DNA of 64,000 bases from Candidatus Pacearchaeota archaeon (GCA_041649045.1 JBAZNV010000002.1:50336-114335), one strand, 5' to 3'. Positions 46,685 through 56,905 are shown, numbered from the stretch's first letter. Translations and numbers: made by a program. The notes: generated by a model not told the origin, from the sequence alone.

Positions 46685-47253
46685 TTAATTGCCTCCAGCA
46701 TTTCTATAATGGTTTCAAGAGGCAATCCTTGTAAAATATTTAGATAACTTCCGTTAATACTTTTAATAAAAGTTGAGCTTAATCCTTTTAATGGATCAAA
46801 TCCTAAAGCGTAAGTTTTATATTTTGTGTCCGAATTTAAATATCTACGAATTTCTTCATCTATTAATTTTCTCATTTGTGCTGTTGTTTCAACTACATTT
46901 ATCATTTCTTTCCCAGAACTTTTATTTATCATGAATATTCCTGTATAAAAAGAAAAAGTATTTCCAGACATTCTTTTCAGTCTTTCAAATGCTTCTTCTT
47001 CAGATTTTGGTTTCTCAAGAATTTCTCCGTCGAAATAACCTATAGAGTCGAACCCGATTATTATTCCCTCATTATAATGTTTGGCCACATCATTAGCTTT
47101 TAATTTTGCTAATGTTTGTACTAATTCGGAAGGACTCGCAGGTCTTCCTTTGAATTTTTCATCAATTTCACTTGCTTGTGCCTGAAATTCAATTCCTGCA
47201 TCTCTAAACATTTGTTGTCTATATGGTGAAGATGTGGCCAGTATAATTTTCAT
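46681..47253 (-). CDS. maf: Maf-like nucleoside triphosphate pyrophosphatase
   Basis: It has MKIILATSSPYRQQMFRDAGIEFQ... and the Maf family length. Confidence 0.75.
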   Translation of the reverse strand: MKIILATSSPYRQQMFRDAGIEFQAQASEIDEKFKGRPASPSELVQTLAKLKANDVAKHYNEGIIIGFDSIGYFDGEILEKPKSEEEAFERLKRMSGNTFSFYTGIFMINKSSGKEMINVVETTAQMRKLIDEEIRRYLNSDTKYKTYALGFDPLKGLSSTFIKSINGSYLNILQGLPLETIIEMLEAIK

Positions 47254-47660
47254 TTTATCATCTCCAAGTTTCCGTTTATTATTATAGGACCGAATGCTTT
47301 TAGTTCATCAGTGAAAGAACAATTTGGCAAAGGATTATATAAAAAAATTTTTCTTTTTAATCTCCAAGCGTTAAACATTTCTAAAAAAGTTGCGCCACCG
47401 ATATAATTTGGAATCCCTTTTTTTTCAAAGTTTAAAACAAAAATTGCATCATTTTGCAGGATTATTTTTTCGTCTTCTTTAAGCATATTTTCTTTCCATT
47501 TTTGAAATTCTTCCTTGCTCATTTTCTGCATTTCCGATTCTTTCTCAGGTTCGTTAAATCCGTTTGGAAGATGAATTTTGTGGCCTTTATCTTTAAGAAT
47601 AGCTACAATTGGTTTTACTTTATCATAATTATGCTTACTGCAAACGATAAATATTTTCAT
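47250..47660 (-). CDS. Nucleoside 2-deoxyribosyltransferase-like protein
   Basis: It has KIFIVCS at the N-terminus and IGGATFLEMFNAWRLKRKIFLY, which resembles the NDT D.GT..E.G.A...KP(I/V) motif. Confidence 0.35.
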   Translation of the reverse strand: MKIFIVCSKHNYDKVKPIVAILKDKGHKIHLPNGFNEPEKESEMQKMSKEEFQKWKENMLKEDEKIILQNDAIFVLNFEKKGIPNYIGGATFLEMFNAWRLKRKIFLYNPLPNCSFTDELKAFGPIIINGNLEMIK

Positions 47661-48081
47661 TTCTAAATGGGTCGTAACCTTGTTTAATTAAATTTGAATT
47701 TGAAGCATATAACCCAGAAGGGAGTTTCTCCCAATTAAACCATTTCCATTCAAGACATTTATCTGGTTCCATAATTCTTGGTTCTCCGCCTAAATAATTT
47801 GCTCTTATAAAAATCGTCACAAAATGGCCTTGATCTGGAATTACATTATTAGTAACAGGTAATCGGCTATCTTCTTTCAAGATATCTATTTCTAAACCCG
47901 TTTCCTCTCTAACTTCTCTTTCTCCACAATCATAAAAACTTTCTCCAAGTTCTAAACGTCCTCCTGGTGATGCCCATGTTCCTTTTCCTGGGTTTGAATT
48001 TCTTAGTCCAAGTAAAACCTCTTTATTATCTCTTATAATAATTACTCCAACGCCCACTATTGGTCTTTCCAATATTTTCAT
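47635..48081 (-). CDS. Nudix hydrolase
   Basis: The Nudix box is GGRLELGESFYDCGEREVREETGLEI. Confidence 0.85.
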   Translation of the reverse strand: MKILERPIVGVGVIIIRDNKEVLLGLRNSNPGKGTWASPGGRLELGESFYDCGEREVREETGLEIDILKEDSRLPVTNNVIPDQGHFVTIFIRANYLGGEPRIMEPDKCLEWKWFNWEKLPSGLYASNSNLIKQGYDPFRNENIYRLQ

Positions 48082-48854
48082 TTTTCAATATAAAATTTAT
48101 TTAGTTTAAAATTGTCGAGGACTTTTTTGCTCGGAGGAAATAAATTTTTTGGCAGATTGTATAGAGAAAACCATTTCCATTCGGTAATTTCGTCGGGCTC
48201 CATTATTTTGGCTTTGTCGTCAAAAAAATCTTTTCCGAATTCGGCGAATAGTCCGATTGTTATGAAATGTGCGTCGGTTGCGGTGTCGTTATTTACACAA
48301 ATAACTTTTGAGTTTTTTAGTTCAATTCCGGTTTCTTCCATAACTTCTCTTTTTGCGCCGTCTTCAAAACTTTCCAGAAATTCCAATTTTCCTCCGGGCA
48401 TTGTCCAAGTCCCTTCGCCATGAAGTTCTGAGTCTGCTTTGTTTTTATCTTCATTTCTCTTCCCAAGAAGAATTTTCCAATCCTTAAACATCAAAACTCC
48501 AAAACCAACGCCCGGCCTCTTTTTTTCTTTTTTCTTTTCCAGCCCGTCAAAAGTAAAACCATTCAAATCTTTTATAAGATATTTTCCCTTGGTAAATTTT
48601 TGTCCATTTTCAATAAAATGTGTTACTTCCAAAATCTGAACACTTGCAGCTGGTTTGGATAATTTTTCTCCACCTTCAGTTTTTCTTAAAGGGATTTCCC
48701 CCATTAACCAATAATTTCTAAAATCTTTTTTTAAAAAACTGTGAACTTTTCCGATTTCAATTTTTTCCGGAAGACATTCTTCGGATTTTCTACTTGGCGT
48801 ATTAAATTCTCTAAGACATAAATCAGGATTAAACTCAACCTGAATTCCCATCAT
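48078..48854 (-). CDS. Nudix hydrolase with ~120-aa N-terminal extension
   Basis: The Nudix box is GGKLEFLESFEDGAKREVMEETGIEL, in the C-terminal half. Confidence 0.8.
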   Translation of the reverse strand: MMGIQVEFNPDLCLREFNTPSRKSEECLPEKIEIGKVHSFLKKDFRNYWLMGEIPLRKTEGGEKLSKPAASVQILEVTHFIENGQKFTKGKYLIKDLNGFTFDGLEKKKEKKRPGVGFGVLMFKDWKILLGKRNEDKNKADSELHGEGTWTMPGGKLEFLESFEDGAKREVMEETGIELKNSKVICVNNDTATDAHFITIGLFAEFGKDFFDDKAKIMEPDEITEWKWFSLYNLPKNLFPPSKKVLDNFKLNKFYIEK

Positions 48855-49825
48855 CCTCCCCCTTGTCCTGCCAAAATAAAACTTGCGAGAAGAGCCTCAA
48901 GCTGGATGAATTCATCGCTTCCTTCAATTAATCTGAATTCTGCCTCTCCGGTTTTCTCAGTAAGCCTGACTTTAAGCGCATTGTCTATTTGCAAATTCCA
49001 GATTTCTTTTTGAATCGCTTTTATAACATCCTGCCCGGAAATTGATTCTTTAAGCATTATATCTAAAAGTTTTTCTCGCGAGTTCGCAAAGTCCCCGGTT
49101 AACGCATAATCTAAAACAATTTTTATATCAGAAGGTTTTGCCTTTGACACAATTGTATTAACAAGATCAGGAGTAATATTTGGCGAAATTGAAGCGGTTG
49201 CTTGAAGTAAATTAATAACTCGCCTACAATCACCTTCGCTTGCTTCATAAAGTGCATCAAATGCCTCGGCAGTAATCGACAACCCTTCTCTTTCGGCAAT
49301 CAAGTCAATTCTTCTTTTAATATCTTTTTTTTCAAGAAGTTGAAATCTAAATACAACTGCTCTTGATTGAATTGGATCAAGAATTTTTGAAGAATAATTG
49401 CACGACATGATAAATCTGCACGTTGAAGTGTAGTTTTCCATCGTTCTTCTAAGTGCCTGCTGGGCTTCTCTTGTAAGCGCGTCCGCCTCATCAAGGAAAA
49501 TAACCTTGAAAGGTACATCTCCAAGTGCTTTAGTACGCGCGAAATCTTTTACTTTTTGCCTGACAACATCAATCCCTCTTTCATCTGAAGCGTTAAGTTC
49601 GAGATAATTTTCTCTCCAGCTTTCTCCAAAAAGTTGTTTAACGATGATTAACGCAAGGGTTGATTTTCCTGTTCCTGCAGGACCAGCGAAAAGCAAGTGA
49701 GGAATATTAAGCGAATTCACAAGTGAACGAACTCTTTTGATAATTTCTTCCTGACCGACCATATCTTCAAACTTTTTTGGTCTATATTTTTCCGTCCACA
49801 CCTCTGAACTATAATGATCCGTCAT
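48851..49825 (-). CDS. rfcS: Replication factor C small subunit (start placed at Met 'MTDHYSSEVWTEKYRP')
   Basis: It has EKYRPKKFEDMVGQEEI, LLFAGPAGTGKST, the DEADAL Walker B and the SRC motif (SCNYSSKILDPIQSRAVVFRF). The ORF track extends to 50071, but the upstream 82 codons look non-native. Confidence 0.8.
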   Translation of the reverse strand: MTDHYSSEVWTEKYRPKKFEDMVGQEEIIKRVRSLVNSLNIPHLLFAGPAGTGKSTLALIIVKQLFGESWRENYLELNASDERGIDVVRQKVKDFARTKALGDVPFKVIFLDEADALTREAQQALRRTMENYTSTCRFIMSCNYSSKILDPIQSRAVVFRFQLLEKKDIKRRIDLIAEREGLSITAEAFDALYEASEGDCRRVINLLQATASISPNITPDLVNTIVSKAKPSDIKIVLDYALTGDFANSREKLLDIMLKESISGQDVIKAIQKEIWNLQIDNALKVRLTEKTGEAEFRLIEGSDEFIQLEALLASFILAGQGGG

Positions 49826-49880
49826 ATTATAAAAGAGCAATTTTGGTTTATAAGGATTATTGTGATAAAAATTGGGAATA

Positions 49881-50309
49881 TTATTTTGCAAGACGTAACG
49901 AGTTAAATCCGAAAGATCGAAGTTGAAGATTAAACTCTTCAGTTTCATTGCTAAGTTCTTTGCAGCACACATGAAGCCCAATTCCAGAAAGTGCCCCAAC
50001 AAATAAAGGTAATAATCCTGCAGATGCCTGATTATTGTTTGCCAAATATCCCCAGCTCGCCACCCCTCCAATCATTAATGCAGCAGGAGCCAAATCCAAA
50101 GCGATTCTCTTGACAGAATGAGAGACCTGTTTTTCTTCGATCGACGTCAAATATCTCGCATTACTGAAAACTGGAGTGATATGACGATCCAACAATTCTC
50201 CTTTGGGAGAAAACGTTTCAAGAGTGTAAACAGAATCTTCTTCCCCAAAAATCGTTTTTCTTCCATCTTCGTGACTCACATAATCTAAAACTTGAAAATT
50301 TGAACTCAT
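49881..50309 (-). CDS. Hypothetical protein with C-terminal hydrophobic segment
   Basis: The ORF is 142 aa and contains ...RIALDLAPAALMIGGVASWGYL...LLPLFVGALSGIGLHV... Confidence 0.3.
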   Translation of the reverse strand: MSSNFQVLDYVSHEDGRKTIFGEEDSVYTLETFSPKGELLDRHITPVFSNARYLTSIEEKQVSHSVKRIALDLAPAALMIGGVASWGYLANNNQASAGLLPLFVGALSGIGLHVCCKELSNETEEFNLQLRSFGFNSLRLAK

Positions 50310-50348
50310 AAATATTTAAAGAAAATCAATTTTATAAATATTATTATG

Positions 50349-50513
50349 TTATCTGATCAAGTGTCTAATTATATATACTACAAATAAAACAAGGAAAATC
50401 ACGAAAAGCCATTTGGCAATTATAGCACTTACGCCTATAAGCACGGTAAATCCTAAAATCGCAACGATTACAGCTATTATCAAAAAAATCAAAGCCCATA
50501 ATAAAAAGCCCAT
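50349..50513 (-). CDS. UPF0391/DUF1328-like small membrane protein (54 aa; not in ORF track)
   Basis: It translates to MGFLLWALIFLIIAVIVAILGFTVLIGVSAIIAKWLFVIFLVLFVVYIIRHLIR. This matches the MLRWALIFL..AL.A..LGFGG.AG.AAGIAKILF.IFLVLF pattern of the family. Confidence 0.5.
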   Translation of the reverse strand: MGFLLWALIFLIIAVIVAILGFTVLIGVSAIIAKWLFVIFLVLFVVYIIRHLIR

Positions 50514-50747
50514 AACAAAATATACCCAAATATTATTTTAAAGATGTGTTGTATTAGAGAAGACTATCTGGAAACTGATTCATTCACCTTTCCCTAAGTA
50601 GTTATCATATTTGTTATATCTTCGAGCATAAATCTTCATTTTATAAATAGAAATCATTTCTCGATCACCAGACCATAAAAAGCTTTGTCTTACACGATAT
50701 CTCGCAAAATTCATATAAATCTTCCATGAAATTAGATAAAAATATTA

Positions 50748-50819
50748 CTACTTGTTTCTCTTAAGCTTTCTCTTCCGTTTTTCTTTCTTGAGTCTTTTTC
50801 TTTGCCATTTCCATCTCAT
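50748..50819 (-). CDS. rpl41e: Ribosomal protein L41e-like ultra-basic peptide (23 aa; possible N-extended form to 50858)
   Basis: It translates to MRWKWQRKRLKKEKRKRKLKRNK, against the eukaryotic/archaeal L41e consensus [25 protein letters not shown]. It is not in the ORF track. Confidence 0.5.
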   Translation of the reverse strand: MRWKWQRKRLKKEKRKRKLKRNK

Positions 50820-50880
50820 CTGGCCTTTCTTCTTCCATCTTCGACTGCTTCTTTTCATATTAATTTATTAAAAAATTGGT

Positions 50881-51513
50881 TTATAAAGTTTTAGATACGC
50901 TCCCGTTTCTTTTTCTGCTCGCATAAATTATGACTATAACTATCGCAATAATTACCATAACAACAGTGATTAACCTCAAGTTTTGACTTATTAATTCGGC
51001 ATTATTACCCAAGAAATATCCAAGAGAAATTAAAATTAACGACCAGATTCCGGCACCAAGACCAGTGTAAAAAATAAATTTCCAGATATTCATTTTGCCA
51101 AATCCCGCAGGAAGCGAAATAAATTGACGAACAACAGGGATTAATCTCCCGATAAAAGTTGTTATTTCGCCGTGTTTTTTGAAGTATTGTTCCGACTTAT
51201 CTATACTGTTTTCATTCACGAAAAAAAATTTGCCATAGCGTTTTGTTAAAGAAAATACCGCCTTTCTTCCGAGATGAAAAGCAAGACAATAATTAATTAG
51301 TGCTCCCACAATACTTCCTAAAATTGCAAGGACAAGAACTAAACCAAAAGACATTGAGCCTTTCGCTACCAAAACACCAGCAGGAATTAAAACTACTTCA
51401 CTCGGGAAAGGCACAAACGAACTTTCAATCGCCATTAAAATAAAAATTCCAAAATAACCAAGAGTCCCGACAGAACCAAGTAAATAGTTTGTCAGTGAAT
51501 CAAGTATTGTCAT
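50881..51513 (-). CDS. DedA/SNARE-associated family membrane protein
   Basis: It has ...[29 protein letters not shown]... and multiple TM segments. Confidence 0.75.
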   Translation of the reverse strand: MTILDSLTNYLLGSVGTLGYFGIFILMAIESSFVPFPSEVVLIPAGVLVAKGSMSFGLVLVLAILGSIVGALINYCLAFHLGRKAVFSLTKRYGKFFFVNENSIDKSEQYFKKHGEITTFIGRLIPVVRQFISLPAGFGKMNIWKFIFYTGLGAGIWSLILISLGYFLGNNAELISQNLRLITVVMVIIAIVIVIIYASRKRNGSVSKTL

Positions 51514-51626
51514 AATAAGGAATAAACAAAGAGGTTTATAAAAGTTAATAAGTAAAGCCGTTTCGCCATCGCAAATTAAATTTTAGAATTCATTAAAATC
51601 ACTTTGTTAAATCTAAACTTGTCAAA

Positions 51627-52223
51627 TCATTTATTTTCGGGCACAACTGTCTCAAAACTTTCTAACAAACTATTGTAAACTCCATAAGAATTGCAAGCAT
51701 TAGCGGGGCAGGAATAACTTATTACATAGAGATTGTTATGCTGGATACCAAAAACCTGTTGGCCGCCTCTTTTTACTCCTTCAAAAGTTCCCGTAAACTT
51801 AATCTTCTTCCCAGAGAAATAATCGTTTTCCCAATCCACATCCTCTATTAATTCAAAATCAGGCATAATATTTTTTGAGTTTTCAACTCCTTGTTCTAAC
51901 AAATTCTCCAAAGTATACTGGCCGCTTTCTCCCAAAAATGTAACCGCGATAGAAATCACTTCAGCATTGACATCTTCACGTGCAACATTAGGAGGAAGAT
52001 AAAAATAAGTCGAGGGAGAGATTTCTGACTCCTGCCAATCTTTTTTCATTATTGCTCTGAAATCTTTATGAATAATAGTTGTTGATTCACCAACGTAATC
52101 ATTTGTCTCTTTGGAATTCATCACATCCCCTTGCCCAGAATCATTATCTTGATTAATAAAATAAAGTGCCCCAAGAATCAATACTGCGAACACAACCAAT
52201 CCAATTATTATACCACTCCTCAT
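51627..52223 (-). CDS. N-terminally anchored secreted hypothetical protein
   Basis: The N-terminus MRSGIIIGLVVFAVLILGALYF has a single TM segment. Confidence 0.35.
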   Translation of the reverse strand: MRSGIIIGLVVFAVLILGALYFINQDNDSGQGDVMNSKETNDYVGESTTIIHKDFRAIMKKDWQESEISPSTYFYLPPNVAREDVNAEVISIAVTFLGESGQYTLENLLEQGVENSKNIMPDFELIEDVDWENDYFSGKKIKFTGTFEGVKRGGQQVFGIQHNNLYVISYSCPANACNSYGVYNSLLESFETVVPENK

Positions 52224-52269
52224 CTATTACGTAACAAAATATTATATAAAAATCTATCCCCATGGACTA

Positions 52270-55200
52270 TTAAATTTCAGGATTTCTTTTATTAGACTCT
52301 TCAATATCTTCCTCGATTTCCTCAATTTGTCCCGAAGTTAATTTTTCTCCTTGTTTATCATTCGAAATTTTTTCAAGCGTTATCTTTATCCCGTTTTTTA
52401 ATCTTTCTAAAATTTTTTCTTCAGTATTTTTTATAAGCCTCAAGCCTTTGACTGTAGGTTCCTTGATTTTTGTCAACAAATTCTCATTCTTCGTCACGCT
52501 TTTTTTGTATTTAGTTAAGACTTCATTTACAATTTTTTCAGGAGATTTTATATCCCTTATCTTTATTTTTTTCACGCTTTTTCTGTTGATTTCATTAAGG
52601 ACATCATCCGAATCAAGCAATCTTTCTTTTCTAAAAGCAACGCTTCTTAATCTAAATTTTTCAATTTTGTCAGCTATATTCACGAAAAATCCCCTCGGCG
52701 ATTCAATCTCTTCCAATTTTTCTTCAATCTCTTCCAATTTTTCTTCAATCTCCTCTTCTCTTTTTCGGGCCCTATGCCAATTCAATGTCACAAAAACTAA
52801 AAGTCCGCATATAAAAAAAGCAAATAAAATCCAGCCATACGATTCAAATCCAACTATACTAAAATTTTTTTCTGAACTTGCACTTTGGTTCTTCCCATAA
52901 TCAACAACTACCTGCAGAGAGTACTCTCCCGAAGGCAAATGCAAATCACGGATTTCTTTTGAATAAAAAATTTCCCCTTCTATGGCTTTCGTCTCCGATT
53001 CTTCATAAACATTTTTTTGATTTTTTGTGATTCTGTAAATTATTTTGACGTCTACAAGATCAGACTGATTAATTTCTTTCAAGTTAACATTAAATTTTAA
53101 AGGTGACCATCTATAAATTTTATTTTTGTCTAATTCAACCAGGGAATCAAAAAGTATATCGGGGCATTTCCTCAATTCTTCAGGTTTGTCATAAACAATT
53201 GAACAATTATTTAAATTTGTGCATTTTCTTTGTTGCGTGAAATCGTTGCTGCAAAAACTCCATGAATCACAAGTCCAGTTTGAGGTACAATTATTTTCGA
53301 CAGAAAGTACTTTTGAAGAACTTCCCCTTCTTCGTGACGTATCTTGAGTTGGCGTTTCTGGGGTAGACGCAGGAATTCCCAAAATTGCTGAATGGCGAAG
53401 GTTTTCTATTTTAATTACATCTCCCTCGTCGATGCAAACAATTCCATTCACTGAATAATTTTCACCCAAGCACGAAGTCATTAGAATTTCATTTTCTTCA
53501 TTGCAATCGTTGCTGATATTGCTTATAAATTCTATTTCGGAATCTTCAACACACAAAAATACAAAATCATTGTCGTTAATATACAATGTTTTGTTATAAT
53601 TTTCTTGCAATTGGTTTGAAAGATTTACGAGAATATAGTTGTCCGATTTGTTTATCGTAATCTCCTCTAAATCAAAAACAGAACGTGAAAAATTATGAGT
53701 AAAATTAACTATTAACTCTTCGGAATCATAAAACAATATTTCCACTGTGTCGTTAAAACTTGTTAAATTTGTTTCATTCCCAATAGCTATATTTAATTCA
53801 TCAATTCCCTCTTCTATCACACTCGCCTTGTTCCCATTTAATCTGTCTAAATTATTTCTTATCCCGTCATCGTCCGAATCCACAAACCCGATAAGGATTG
53901 TTTGGTTCGAGGTGGCAAAGGCAGACTTCCCATCTTCCGAATAAGATAGACAATTCCATGTATAGTTTCCTGCTGCAAGTTCCAGGGTCCAATTGGCAGA
54001 ATAATCTAATCCTGACGCAACGATTGTTTGATTGAGCCTGAAATTTTCATTTTCACCATCGCTCAAATAAAGACTGATATTCGATAGCCCCGAATTATAA
54101 TTTGCAGAGCAGTTAAAAAATATATTTGCAGTGTCGTCAGAATCTATCTCATAATTATTTCCAGGATGATTGAGTGCAACGTTCACCGACAAATATTGGC
54201 AGGACCCCTCGGATTTATATTCATAATAAGTGATGTTTTCTCCAAAATTCCAAAGATCACTATCCAATCCCGTTAAAGCATAGCAAAAATTATAATTAAA
54301 ATCATATTCAATCTTGTTTCTTGATTGATTCATTAAATTCGTTGGCAAACAAGACACATTCACCCATTCGCTCCATGAAGTGTTTGTTTGATTATATGAG
54401 CAATAGTTGCAGGAAATATTTTGATATTCATAGAGCGTTTGGTTTTCGATTTCATTGCAGGAATTAGCATCATACTCAATTCGGCTTCTATTTTGTAGTT
54501 GTAAGTCATTTATCATACAAGCACCATGATATCTCCATTCACTCCAAGAGATATTTACTATATTTGGGATACAAGAGTAATTCACTAAATAATATCTTGT
54601 TTCCGAAACATTATAATTTTCATTTGTTCCATTTCCCCAAGAATGCCATCTGTAAGAAAATGTTCCGTTCGAAAGAAAATCATAACTCACATTGTAAATA
54701 TTGGCAATTAAATGAGTTGCTGTTAGATTGATGTTATTAATTTCCAAAATAACGGTCCCGTTTGTGTTCTCTATTGTAACATTAAAAAGCCCTGTTCCCG
54801 AATTTATTAAAGATGCGTTGTTGTCCTGATAAATTGAAAATATAGGATAAGTTGTATCGGGCAGGGCAGAAGGGATATTTATTGTTCTTAGTTCAGTCGA
54901 ATTAATTTCTCCAAACAAATCAACGGCGTACCCTTTAAATGTATGCGTTTCTTGGCTAAGTTCGGTAAAATTATTGTAGTATTTATTTGCAGTTGCATTG
55001 TGTAGTGCTCTGATTTCTTGTGATGACAAGCTTCTGTTGAAAATCATGACTTCATCTATTGCGCCATCAAAATAAGAAGTTACATCTCTGTTATCTCTGC
55101 CTATTACTAAATCAGACGTCCCGTAAACGACATCTTGCAATGCAGTTTTAGTTCCATCAGCAACCCCATCAATATAAAACTCACCCAATACACCTCTCTT

Positions 55201-56763
55201 CACAAACACAACATGGTGCCAACCCCCATCATTAATAATCTCACTGGTGTTCTCTTCGCCCAGGAAACCATAATCAGAAGTTCCATAATCCCAAAAGTCA
55301 AGATTACCAGAGGAAATTTGAAAAACATATTCATTTTGATAATTGCCTAAATTACGATTTTGCTGGAGAATAAATTGTTTTGCTGAAGATGAAGTTTTAA
55401 TCCATGCAGAAAGAGTTATATTTGAAGCGAGAGCACTGAATGTATCATCTCTTAAATAGCCATTGGCCCCATTAAACAAACTGCCATTTCCAAATATTCC
55501 CGACGAAGAGTTAATGACAATATTTGTTCTTGTAAGATTATTGCTATAACCTGAAGAATCAAATACAATTGAAGAATTAACGCTATCCATTCTCCACCAA
55601 CCCAACAATGAGTTGTCAAAATTATTAACCACATAGTGTCCCCCGTGATCATCAGATGAAGAAATATTTACATAAACACTCGTCCCAGTTTGCGTCGTTC
55701 CATTTTCAGGGGTAGGATAATTAAAGGTTATTAAGGGAGCCGTATCTTCTGCCCCTCCAATTATTATTGTTCTTGACTCAGTTGAATTTAAATTTCCAAT
55801 AACATCGGCCGCGAATGTTTGATAACTATAAGTACCATTATCCAATCTGGCAGTTGCATTTTTACTTTGATTAACATACAAATTCCAATCAGTTGAATTA
55901 AACTTGTTTAAATTTGATATGTATTGTTGGTAAACTTCCGTGTCCGAAAGGCTTCTATTCCATATTTTTACCTCATCTATACTCCCATTAAAATAATCTG
56001 TACAACAACTACCTGCATTATTGTTTCTTGCGCCAATTATCATATTCCCATCAGGATAAAACTTGAAAGCGGATTCGGCGACTCGGTTTTTTAATATCCC
56101 ATTTAAATAAATGCTTACAATTGTTGCATTCCAACTAATAGTGCCCTGCTGCCACTGATTTGCCAAAACAGTTCCAGTCCCGGTACAGGGTCCATCGTTT
56201 GTAGCACAAAGACCATTATTGGTTACATAAATATAACCTTCATATCCTGAATTATGTCTATCTTTAGCAACGATTACATTCCATCCCGTCGCAAGAGTTT
56301 TGGGATAAAACCAAAAAGATACACTCTTGGCTCGGCTTCCATCTCCCAAATCAATTGAATTATTGCTGCCCAAATCAATATAATTTTTATTTGCACTATT
56401 AAATGAACAAGAGCCCCCATATTTTCCCGAGGAGTTCCAGATTGTTCCATTTTTTAATGTTCCATTATTTGCATACTTTGAAACATCAACGGCTTTTATC
56501 GAATTTTCTCCTAAGGCAGAAACATTATTAAAATTCATCATTAAAACAAGAGAGTCATTATAAAAAGTAAAATTAGTCCCATTCCAATTATATATCAAAC
56601 TTCCAAGATTATTTTCCATTATCGAAAAGTTTAATTCAATCGAAGTGTTTGTTGTATACAGCGGGGAAGACGCAGGAAGATAAACCATAATTTGCGGAAT
56701 CGCAGAAACTATAAAAAAAAGCAACACTATCCCAATCATGACTGCTAAAAATCTATATTTCAT
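52270..56763 (-). CDS. Giant (1497 aa) type-I surface protein with two LamG_3 (concanavalin-like) domains, single TM and ~200-aa cytoplasmic coiled-coil tail
   Basis: The signal peptide is MKYRFLAVMIGIVLLFFIVSA. The LamG_3 motifs are FNGSIDEVKIWNRSLSDTEVYQQY and YFDGAIDEVMIFNRSLSSQEIRALH. It has many N-x-S/T sequons. The TM segment GWILFAFFICGLLVFVTL is followed by WHRARKREEEIEEKLEEIEEKLEEIE. Confidence 0.6.
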   Translation of the reverse strand: MKYRFLAVMIGIVLLFFIVSAIPQIMVYLPASSPLYTTNTSIELNFSIMENNLGSLIYNWNGTNFTFYNDSLVLMMNFNNVSALGENSIKAVDVSKYANNGTLKNGTIWNSSGKYGGSCSFNSANKNYIDLGSNNSIDLGDGSRAKSVSFWFYPKTLATGWNVIVAKDRHNSGYEGYIYVTNNGLCATNDGPCTGTGTVLANQWQQGTISWNATIVSIYLNGILKNRVAESAFKFYPDGNMIIGARNNNAGSCCTDYFNGSIDEVKIWNRSLSDTEVYQQYISNLNKFNSTDWNLYVNQSKNATARLDNGTYSYQTFAADVIGNLNSTESRTIIIGGAEDTAPLITFNYPTPENGTTQTGTSVYVNISSSDDHGGHYVVNNFDNSLLGWWRMDSVNSSIVFDSSGYSNNLTRTNIVINSSSGIFGNGSLFNGANGYLRDDTFSALASNITLSAWIKTSSSAKQFILQQNRNLGNYQNEYVFQISSGNLDFWDYGTSDYGFLGEENTSEIINDGGWHHVVFVKRGVLGEFYIDGVADGTKTALQDVVYGTSDLVIGRDNRDVTSYFDGAIDEVMIFNRSLSSQEIRALHNATANKYYNNFTELSQETHTFKGYAVDLFGEINSTELRTINIPSALPDTTYPIFSIYQDNNASLINSGTGLFNVTIENTNGTVILEINNINLTATHLIANIYNVSYDFLSNGTFSYRWHSWGNGTNENYNVSETRYYLVNYSCIPNIVNISWSEWRYHGACMINDLQLQNRSRIEYDANSCNEIENQTLYEYQNISCNYCSYNQTNTSWSEWVNVSCLPTNLMNQSRNKIEYDFNYNFCYALTGLDSDLWNFGENITYYEYKSEGSCQYLSVNVALNHPGNNYEIDSDDTANIFFNCSANYNSGLSNISLYLSDGENENFRLNQTIVASGLDYSANWTLELAAGNYTWNCLSYSEDGKSAFATSNQTILIGFVDSDDDGIRNNLDRLNGNKASVIEEGIDELNIAIGNETNLTSFNDTVEILFYDSEELIVNFTHNFSRSVFDLEEITINKSDNYILVNLSNQLQENYNKTLYINDNDFVFLCVEDSEIEFISNISNDCNEENEILMTSCLGENYSVNGIVCIDEGDVIKIENLRHSAILGIPASTPETPTQDTSRRRGSSSKVLSVENNCTSNWTCDSWSFCSNDFTQQRKCTNLNNCSIVYDKPEELRKCPDILFDSLVELDKNKIYRWSPLKFNVNLKEINQSDLVDVKIIYRITKNQKNVYEESETKAIEGEIFYSKEIRDLHLPSGEYSLQVVVDYGKNQSASSEKNFSIVGFESYGWILFAFFICGLLVFVTLNWHRARKREEEIEEKLEEIEEKLEEIESPRGFFVNIADKIEKFRLRSVAFRKERLLDSDDVLNEINRKSVKKIKIRDIKSPEKIVNEVLTKYKKSVTKNENLLTKIKEPTVKGLRLIKNTEEKILERLKNGIKITLEKISNDKQGEKLTSGQIEEIEEDIEESNKRNPEI
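52703..52759 (-). repeat. Tandem 21-nt coding repeat (x2.7) in cytoplasmic tail of the giant protein
   Basis: ttcaatctcttccaatttttc at 52703-52723 recurs at 52724-52744, with a partial third copy. It encodes the heptads EEIEEKL. Confidence 0.7.
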
Positions 56764-56905
56764 TTCCTCTTAAAGTACGATAATTAAAGAAAGGCTATAT
56801 AAAAAGTTAACTTTCTTCATCAAAAACTTTGCAAAAAATTATCTACATCTTCTAATCTAATAAACTTTTATTCATAACTTATTTTCTTTGACGTTTTTAT
56901 TAATA

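Noticed and set aside
48851-50071. The 406-aa reading of rfcS with an 82-aa N-terminal extension (MEGWRAGDIWQ…).
   Set aside because: The canonical RFC small-subunit N-terminus (…EKYRPKKFEDMVGQE) begins right after an internal Met (MTDHYSSEVWTEKYRP). The extension has no RFC homology and would overlap an independent upstream ORF. The start was moved to 49825.
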